From Ekhidna sp. (GTDB lineage: Bacteria > Bacteroidota > Bacteroidia > Cytophagales > Cyclobacteriaceae): a stretch of DNA of 64,000 bases. The DNA lies in assembly GCF_965212185.1 (NCBI RefSeq), contig NZ_OZ243102.1, positions 2,741,171 to 2,805,170 of the forward strand, in the 5' to 3' direction. The translations under genes and the position numbers were made by a program. This document shows, one piece after another, positions 57,477 through 64,000 of the stretch; the stretch's first letter is position 1, and each line of letters begins with the position of its first letter. The notes beneath the pieces were generated by a model, which was given only the letters and a program-made list of their open reading frames with translations, made no database searches and had not been told where the DNA came from.

Positions 57477-59300
57477 TCAATAGAGTTTACGCTTATCAAT
57501 TTTCAATTTGCGAATCTTAGACTCCAATGTTTTCGCATTAATTCCCAACACCTCTGCGGCACCTCCTGCCCCACTTACTTTACCTTCTGTTGAAATCAAT
57601 ACGTCAATGATTGCTTGTCTTTCAGAATCCACTAATCTGTTTCCGTGTGGTAATGATGATCTTTTATTGATCAATGGATCCTCAATAATTAGTTGATTAT
57701 TAGATGTGATCATGGCTCTTTCAATCACGTTTTCAAGTTCCCGAACATTTCCCGGCCAATCATAATTCATCAACTTCCTCATTGTATCTTCAGGAATGGA
57801 AGAGATACGTTTACCCATAGTGTTTTCGAATTTTTTTAAAAAATGGGCAACTAGTGCTTGAATATCAGATTTTCGTTCTCTCAATGGAGTGGGATAGATT
57901 GGAAATACATTTAATCGATAGAATAAGTCTTCTCTAAATTCTTTTTCTTCTATTGCAAGAGAAAGATTCTTGTTTGTAGCGGCGATTACCCGAACGTCTA
58001 CCTTTATAGTTTCGTTACCACCAACCCGTTCAAATTCTCCCTCTTGAAGTACTCTAAGAAGTTTTGCTTGAATTTCCAGCGAAAGCTCACCCACCTCGTC
58101 TAAGAAAATAGTACTCTTATCTGCCAGCTCAAATTTTCCTATTTTTTTTGCAACCGCTCCAGTAAATGCTCCTTTTTCGTGACCAAAAAGCTCGCTTTCA
58201 GCAAGTTGAGAAGGTAATGCTGCACAATTGATTTTTATTAATGCATTGGCATTTCTACTACTCAGGTTATGAATGGCTCGTGCGAAGAGTTCTTTACCTG
58301 TCCCGGTCTCACCTATTATCAAAACGGTACTTGAGGTTTTACTGACCTGTTCTACTTTCTTTAGTAGTTTTTGAAAATTCTTGTTTTCAGCAACTATTTC
58401 ATCGAAGTTGTATTCTACATTTATCTCATCACGCAAGTATTCATTTTCATTTTCCAGCTTATTCTTGAGTTCTTTTATTTCGCTGAGTGCCTCAAGTAAT
58501 AACTCCTCATTTTTTTTCCGTATTGTTATATCTCTTACAATACTGCACTTAAACTCCTGCCCCTGCCAACGGATGATATTGTTGGTAATTTCAACTGGGA
58601 ATTCTGTTCCATCTCTTCTTCGATGTTTTGTTACAAAAGTTAAGGTTCCCTTTTCTTTTGTTTCATCCCACAAAGCTTTTGATTTTTCGTAAGTGAATTT
58701 TGGGTTTACATCACTTCCTCTCTTTCCAATCAGTTCTTCTTTTGCATAGCCCAATAGATCTGCAGCTGCCTGATTCACTCGGATAAATCTCAAGTCATTA
58801 TCAAACCAATAGACTCCATCAGAAATGCTCTCGATGGTAAAATCTGAAAATTGAAGATTCTGTTTTTCTATATGATATTCTGATATATCACAAATTGTTC
58901 CATATAATCGCTTCACACGCCCAAGATCATCTTTTGATGCTGCACCTGTTGCTCTTACATGTTTGCGGATCCCATTGTGATCTTCGATATCACAGTATAC
59001 AATGTACGGATTTCCGTTTGCTATCGCATTGTTTATTTTATTGTAAGCCTCTGCTTGCTCTTCTTCTGAGGAAAACTTTATGATTTCCTCAAGCTTAGGA
59101 GGCTTTAATCCTTCAGGTAGGCCATAAATATCATAAACTTCCTTTGACCACTTGATGTATTCCGTATCAAGATCATACTCCCATATACCTGTTTGTGTTT
59201 GATGAAATGCATCCTCCAGCTCTTTTATTTTCGATCCTGCTTCATTCAGCTTAATGATCAAATTGTCATCAACAACTTCCAATCGATCTTTGCTCATCAT
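57477..59300 (-). CDS. Sigma-54-dependent transcriptional activator with two PAS domains and no receiver domain.
   Basis: Walker A GETGTGKE, GAFTGA motif, arginine finger region, C-terminal Fis-type HTH. Confidence 0.85.
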   Translation of the reverse strand: MMSKDRLEVVDDNLIIKLNEAGSKIKELEDAFHQTQTGIWEYDLDTEYIKWSKEVYDIYGLPEGLKPPKLEEIIKFSSEEEQAEAYNKINNAIANGNPYIVYCDIEDHNGIRKHVRATGAASKDDLGRVKRLYGTICDISEYHIEKQNLQFSDFTIESISDGVYWFDNDLRFIRVNQAAADLLGYAKEELIGKRGSDVNPKFTYEKSKALWDETKEKGTLTFVTKHRRRDGTEFPVEITNNIIRWQGQEFKCSIVRDITIRKKNEELLLEALSEIKELKNKLENENEYLRDEINVEYNFDEIVAENKNFQKLLKKVEQVSKTSSTVLIIGETGTGKELFARAIHNLSSRNANALIKINCAALPSQLAESELFGHEKGAFTGAVAKKIGKFELADKSTIFLDEVGELSLEIQAKLLRVLQEGEFERVGGNETIKVDVRVIAATNKNLSLAIEEKEFREDLFYRLNVFPIYPTPLRERKSDIQALVAHFLKKFENTMGKRISSIPEDTMRKLMNYDWPGNVRELENVIERAMITSNNQLIIEDPLINKRSSLPHGNRLVDSERQAIIDVLISTEGKVSGAGGAAEVLGINAKTLESKIRKLKIDKRKLY

Positions 59301-59412
59301 TCCAGGCTTTACATTAAGTTACAACTTTTTTATATAAAATAACCTCAGCGGGGAGCTGAGGCTAATCACCACCATCATCCACCGGACCTTAAAAGGTCCA
59401 TCTAATCAATCT

Positions 59413-60693
59413 TTATGATTCGCTAATGATTCGTATTCTATTTATAACTAGTGGTCCAAGTTCAAATTCAGACTCCATCAAATTCTTCGCTATAGCAACT
59501 CCTTTTGAATGGTAACCTGAACCATAATAAATTTCAGCCGCTTGGTAAAGTGCCATCGGTTCGTATGTTTTACCTAGCACTTCACTTTCAATAATCTCAA
59601 GAGCTTTCTTCTTTTGGTCATCATTAAAATATGCCCATGCTAAAAGACTGAATATTTCAGGTGTGGGCCTCCTATGTATTTCTGTCGTCGCAATTCTGAT
59701 CGCTTCTTTAGCGTCATTGGAAGCTAAAAGTGGAATCAGATAGCTATTGTAAATTGGTGACTTTGCTTTACTGATGAAATGTTCTCTATGTAATTCAGCT
59801 CGTTTCAAATTTCCCATCGTTTCTTCAATGTCAGCCAACAATAATAAGTATTCAGGATTGCCATAGTTACTTACTAAATATTCGCTTAGCCTCTTTGCTA
59901 AATCAAAATTCTTATCGTGTGAAAAGGCAATCCAGGCAATCCCTTTTAACGTATGATGGTTATTAGCATCAAATGACAATGATTTCAGATAAGTTTCATA
60001 TGATTTATTGATCATACCATCATGGCCGTATAAATCTCCTAAATGACTCAATAACCAATTTCTTTCTGAAGGTGATGTGACATGTTTTATAGCCTTCTCA
60101 GTATAATAAATAGCAGAATCGAGATGTCCTTCATGATCCTTGAACTTAGCTATTCGAACGAAATAGGAGAATGAATCATCTCGCTTGGTTTTTTCTAATA
60201 GTCGTTTGCACGCGTTATAGTTCGCGAGCTCTAGCTCACCATCAAACTGCATCAATAAAGGGCCATATTTTTCTTTTGTTAATGATGCTGCCTTAACCGC
60301 ATAGTTTACTGCTGATTCAAAATTGTGTAGCATCATTTCTGAATGACTCAAAAGAAGGAGGTTATTGACCTTATGATTTCCTTGTACAAGTCCATTAGCC
60401 TTTTCTAGAAGGGTCTTATTAAGATTTAAATACTTAGCTTTTCCGGTAACTCTATAAAGCTTTATAGAAGCTTTGGCCGCCTGCTGAAGGTAAATATGTC
60501 CGTTTGAGTTTTTGGAGGCTTTTTGTAGCCAAAATTCTAACTCCTCTTGAGCTCCGATGAATTCCTTTTGTAAATCAATTTTCCAAAAAGTCTTCAAATC
60601 TGAATCATCAACAATTCGAATTATGTCGTCAGACTTTGGCTGACATCCGACAAAAATTGATGCACACAATACAATATTCAAAATAAGTCTCAT
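59413..60693 (-). CDS. TPR-repeat lipoprotein. The likely start is the Met at 60693 (the ORF track extends to 60807).
   Basis: Signal peptide and lipobox LCASIFVGCQ; TPR-like helical repeats. Confidence 0.5.
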   Translation of the reverse strand: MRLILNIVLCASIFVGCQPKSDDIIRIVDDSDLKTFWKIDLQKEFIGAQEELEFWLQKASKNSNGHIYLQQAAKASIKLYRVTGKAKYLNLNKTLLEKANGLVQGNHKVNNLLLLSHSEMMLHNFESAVNYAVKAASLTKEKYGPLLMQFDGELELANYNACKRLLEKTKRDDSFSYFVRIAKFKDHEGHLDSAIYYTEKAIKHVTSPSERNWLLSHLGDLYGHDGMINKSYETYLKSLSFDANNHHTLKGIAWIAFSHDKNFDLAKRLSEYLVSNYGNPEYLLLLADIEETMGNLKRAELHREHFISKAKSPIYNSYLIPLLASNDAKEAIRIATTEIHRRPTPEIFSLLAWAYFNDDQKKKALEIIESEVLGKTYEPMALYQAAEIYYGSGYHSKGVAIAKNLMESEFELGPLVINRIRIISES

Positions 60694-60751
60694 ATCAAAA
60701 AAGTAAAAAATCGAGACCAGGCATAGGCCTAATCCCGATATACTATTCAAC

Positions 60752-61315
60752 CTAATTACTATGTGAAGATGCAATGTATGGGAAGCTATTACTATGCGTC
60801 CTATCATTACTATCTACATTGTCTGTAGAAACTCCATCCTTTACCGGGTTATCAGCACCCTCTGATGATTGATCAGAAAATGCAAGTGTCAATGTGATGT
60901 CTATTACATCATCATCGAGTGTTCTTCCATTAAGGGTTCCATATGACGAAGGGCTCTTTGATAAGTCACAGGATAAAACATCAGCTGCAAGTATTTCAGC
61001 CAATGTCTGATTATTTGCTCCCAGTATATTTTCATAAGAATTCGGATCTAAGAAAATATATGTTTGTAAAGCATCGAGAATCCCTTTGAAATGATTTGAA
61101 TTTTTAGACTTTCCTTCGGATGGTAAAATTTCATTGAATCCGTTTTTAACATCAGAATTTCCAAAAAAATTAAAAACTGTATTAATGGCTGGTCTCCCCA
61201 TTTGATCAACCGTATGATAAACTTTCGGTTCCTCAATGATGGGCTGGTCATCATCCCCACACGCTGATAAAGAAATAAATGCGAGAGAGATTAGAATTAA
61301 TTTTATACTTTTCAT
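60752..61315 (-). CDS. Hypothetical lipoprotein, 187 aa.
   Basis: Lipobox ISLSACGDD; 13-nt gap to the upstream gene. Confidence 0.45.
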   Translation of the reverse strand: MKSIKLILISLAFISLSACGDDDQPIIEEPKVYHTVDQMGRPAINTVFNFFGNSDVKNGFNEILPSEGKSKNSNHFKGILDALQTYIFLDPNSYENILGANNQTLAEILAADVLSCDLSKSPSSYGTLNGRTLDDDVIDITLTLAFSDQSSEGADNPVKDGVSTDNVDSNDRTHSNSFPYIASSHSN

Positions 61316-61328
61316 ATTTTCTAAAATT

Positions 61329-62081
61329 TTATTGTTGAACCATTTTGCTTTCTAGCCATACATTAAATGTTGAACTAGTAGAGAGCATTGACTTTGGAAC
61401 TTCCACAACAAACGACAACACATTAGTACCTGCAAGTGCATCTTGTCCTGGGTTATTAAATGCGGCTGGATAAGGCTCATTTGTATCCGAATTTAATCGG
61501 TCACCGCTATATACTCCTGTATTGTTCTCATCGCTAAGTGCAGCACCGAGACCATTTACAATGCTTCTAAATTGAAAAAGATCAAAATAGAAGGGATCGT
61601 CTGTTGCACCGGCAAAAAGTTTAGTTCCATCATTGCTTCCAATTTTAGCATTTTGTCCATGTGGTGTTACTTCCACCTTTACTTCAACACCATCCTTTTC
61701 AAGGATACTTGAAAGGCCGGTTTGTGAAGGAGTTACAACACCATAAGTGATTGCATTTCCATTCTCAAAATACACTTGAATTACCTGATCTTCTACCAGG
61801 TCACCATCATTATCAATGTTGAATTCATACATAACTTCCTCATCAAATTGGGCATCAGATGTAGCGGATGGAGCAAGTAAACCATTGACAGTTCCAATAA
61901 AAACATAATTCTGCGAATTTGAAGGGCTTTCAAATGCAAATAAGTCTGCAATGTCCGCTACAGAAGATCCACTAGAAAGTGAGCCGACTGCCGGAGCATC
62001 TACGTGATCCGCTCCTCTCAGAAAGATCACACCAAATGTCAGAGTTGTAACCCCGACCAGTAAATACACGATTTTCTTCAT
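61329..62081 (-). CDS. Secreted hypothetical protein with an N-terminal ADHVDAP motif (DUF4331-like).
   Basis: Signal peptide; GADHVDAPA motif right after the cleavage site (family recalled from memory). Confidence 0.4.
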   Translation of the reverse strand: MKKIVYLLVGVTTLTFGVIFLRGADHVDAPAVGSLSSGSSVADIADLFAFESPSNSQNYVFIGTVNGLLAPSATSDAQFDEEVMYEFNIDNDGDLVEDQVIQVYFENGNAITYGVVTPSQTGLSSILEKDGVEVKVEVTPHGQNAKIGSNDGTKLFAGATDDPFYFDLFQFRSIVNGLGAALSDENNTGVYSGDRLNSDTNEPYPAAFNNPGQDALAGTNVLSFVVEVPKSMLSTSSTFNVWLESKMVQQ

Positions 62082-62347
62082 TTCTATTTTTTTAATAAAA
62101 CGATTAATTGCTTACCGGCTTTCCAAAGGGCATGCCACAACTTGTAATAAACTGATTATCAATTGATTAAATAAATTAAGTGCGATTAGATAATTCTTTT
62201 ATTTAGGAGATTGATGAAATAAAAGGAATGCTATTTTAAACTTTTCAATAAATCAATCCTGAATTCACCAAGAATAAAGCATGACTGATTTAAGCTTACA
62301 GGATTAATCAATGTCGATAACTGTTAGGTCAATTCTGTTAACAATAA

Positions 62348-62596
62348 ATGACTTTTTATTTCGATATAGGAAGGTTCTGGTCAATGCTTTTTATCTTTCC
62401 TAAAAGCCTTATTTTGATGATAGAATTAAACGCTGAAAACAAAACCATTTTACTGGAAGCGCTGGAAGACATGATGTATAAATTATCTCTTCAACTTGAT
62501 GAAATGAAGGGTAGACCACTGGATAAGCAAAGAAAAGAGCTTACCTCAAAGCAATCAAAAGTGGAGAAACTACAGCATCAGATTTCATTAGCATAA
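62348..62596 (+). CDS. Hypothetical small protein, 82 aa.
   Basis: ORF track only. Confidence 0.3.
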   Translation: MTFYFDIGRFWSMLFIFPKSLILMIELNAENKTILLEALEDMMYKLSLQLDEMKGRPLDKQRKELTSKQSKVEKLQHQISLA

Positions 62597-62598
62597 CC

Positions 62599-63093
62599 AT
62601 GTCCAGTTTTAAGATACGTCCCCGGTTCAGACACATCGTTCAAGGTAAGAAAGAGGAATTGGAAAAACGTCTTTTGCGAGGTATAGAAGAAAAAACTGAT
62701 ACATTTATCTCAAATTACCTTCCTGGACATTTGTACATCAAAATCCACCCAAACGAACAACACTTTTGGTCACCACAACTGCATCTGACGTTTGAGCAGG
62801 AAGAAGATCATGTGATAATTCGCGGATTGTATGGTCCCAATCCAACTGTCTGGGCCATCTTTTTCTTTAGCTATGTGGCTTTAGGGCTATTTACTCTTTT
62901 TCTTGGTATGTGGGGGCTTACAAAGTGGAGCCTTGGTCTTGATTCCTCAATACTTTGGTCTATCCCCGTCTTTGCCGTTTTAGCCTTAATACTTTACTTC
63001 TCTGCACAGGCCGGACAGAAACTAGGAGCACAACAGATGTTTGATATCCATCATTTGTATGAGGATTTAATTGAAGATAAGGTTGCTATTTAA
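62599..63093 (+). CDS. Hypothetical membrane protein (2 TM), 164 aa.
   Basis: ORF track; two hydrophobic helices; 2-nt gap from the upstream ORF. Confidence 0.4.
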   Translation: MSSFKIRPRFRHIVQGKKEELEKRLLRGIEEKTDTFISNYLPGHLYIKIHPNEQHFWSPQLHLTFEQEEDHVIIRGLYGPNPTVWAIFFFSYVALGLFTLFLGMWGLTKWSLGLDSSILWSIPVFAVLALILYFSAQAGQKLGAQQMFDIHHLYEDLIEDKVAI

Positions 63094-63098
63094 TGCCT

Positions 63099-64000
63099 TT
63101 AGTCTTTAATCCATTTTTCCAGCACATTAGCAAGAGCATTGTTAATAATGGGTTTGCTTACAAAATCATCCATTCCTGCTTCATAGCATTTTTCTTTATC
63201 AGCAAGCATAGATCCTGCAGTTAAAGCGATGATGGGAATTCTACTGCCATTCTCTGCTTTTCGAATTTTACGCGTAGCATCAAAACCATCCATTTCAGGC
63301 ATCTGAACATCCATTATTACAATGTCTGGTTTCTCAAACGAAAATTTCTCAAATGCTTCTATCCCGTTTGCTGCCTCAATTACTTTCGCATTAGGTAGCG
63401 CTTTTTTTAGCATGGCTTTAGCAATTACCATGTTATTGGCATTATCTTCTGCAATAAGCACTTTCAACTTATCATTAGTAGATACTACCTTTTTAGGTGT
63501 ATTTGGTTCTATACTACTTGTTCTTGCTTGAGTTGAGCGCTCGAATGCAACCTCAAAAAAGAAAGTACTACCTTCTCTAAATGTGCTTTTCACTTCAAGT
63601 TGACTGTTCATCAGGGATAAAAGTGTATTAGAAATCGAAAGTCCTAATCCGGTACCTCCATATTTTCTTGTTGTAGACGGATCTTCTTGAGAGAATGCTT
63701 CAAATATCTTCTCTACATTTTCAGGTTTGATACCTATTCCAGTATCTAGCACTGAAAACTTAAAATGGATTTTACCATCTTCTAACTCTCCCAACACTTC
63801 AACTTTCAGTTCAATCAGTCCTTCATTCGTAAACTTTACAGCATTAGCTAAAAGATTTACAAGCACCTGTCTTAATCTAATATCATCAGCTAAGACATAC
63901 TGATATTTCTGATCCATGAGTGTTAATTTCAACTCAATATTCTTTCGATTGGCTTTATAGCTGGTCATCTGTACTACGTGATTGCACAGCTCAAAAAGAT
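63099..64000 (-). CDS. Hybrid sensor histidine kinase, C-terminal part (HATPase plus receiver). Its 5' end lies beyond the right window edge.
   Basis: Minus-strand frame stays open to position 64000 upstream of the ORF-track Met (…LFELCNHVVQMTSYK…); G-boxes DTGIGI and GGTGLGLSI; receiver with DVQMPEMDG. Confidence 0.75.
   Translation of the reverse strand, partial: LFELCNHVVQMTSYKANRKNIELKLTLMDQKYQYVLADDIRLRQVLVNLLANAVKFTNEGLIELKVEVLGELEDGKIHFKFSVLDTGIGIKPENVEKIFEAFSQEDPSTTRKYGGTGLGLSISNTLLSLMNSQLEVKSTFREGSTFFFEVAFERSTQARTSSIEPNTPKKVVSTNDKLKVLIAEDNANNMVIAKAMLKKALPNAKVIEAANGIEAFEKFSFEKPDIVIMDVQMPEMDGFDATRKIRKAENGSRIPIIALTAGSMLADKEKCYEAGMDDFVSKPIINNALANVLEKWIKD

Noticed and set aside
1-64000. 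CRISPR array
   Set aside because: The only regular repeats are the 7-bp GTCGACA heptads, 300-bp intragenic protein repeats and three-copy hairpins with irregular spacing of ~200-1000 bp. Nothing has the 25-40 bp repeat and similar-length spacer periodicity of a CRISPR array.

Overview
The window looks like a Bacteroidetes-type chromosome (AT-rich; SprB and PKD repeats, TonB receptors and sigma-54 regulators present). I base this on gene content only, without any database search.

Layout, left to right:
- 1-2806 (minus): the 5' part of a large secreted repeat protein with near-identical tandem repeats.
- 2956-5184 (minus): a secreted protein, probably outer membrane.
- 5465-21727 (minus): a complete division/cell-wall (dcw) cluster in the order mraZ-rsmH-ftsL-ftsI-murE-mraY-(unknown 122-aa ORF)-murD-ftsW-murG-murC-ftsQ-ftsA-ftsZ, with no murF or ddl. 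Four intergenic junctions in the cluster carry a GTCGAC-based heptad/palindromic repeat.
- 21.7-33.7 kb: an accessory-looking segment between mraZ and a minus-strand tRNA cluster. It holds hypothetical lipo/membrane proteins, two families of 23-35 bp hairpin repeats, an ArsR-SRPBCC pair, a TPP-riboswitch-like GC-rich segment with an intrinsic terminator, a PadR-FtsX permease pair and an SPFH protein. It ends in an ORF-free stretch with degenerate tRNA-like fragments next to tRNA-Asp, tRNA-Gln and a tRNA-Tyr-like gene.
- 35.7-39.7 kb (minus): a four-gene operon of a circularly permuted ATP-grasp protein, an alpha-E protein, an Anbu proteasome-like peptidase and a transglutaminase-like protein. 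Comparative genomics has predicted this as a peptide-ligation/tagging module, but its function is unknown. I consider it the most interesting system in the window.
- 40-51 kb: small stress/unknown proteins (YciI, DUF2200-like, YceI, DUF1801, EcsC), a CocE/NonD hydrolase, a truncated PAS-HisKA protein, and a hydrolase-AraC fusion.
- 51.5-62 kb (minus): a co-directional array of a TonB-dependent receptor, a many-TM histidine kinase, a receiver, a GAF kinase, a PAS sigma-54 activator and secreted/TPR lipoproteins.
- 63099 to window end (minus): a hybrid histidine kinase that runs off the right edge.

I found no CRISPR array, integrase, transposase or rRNA.
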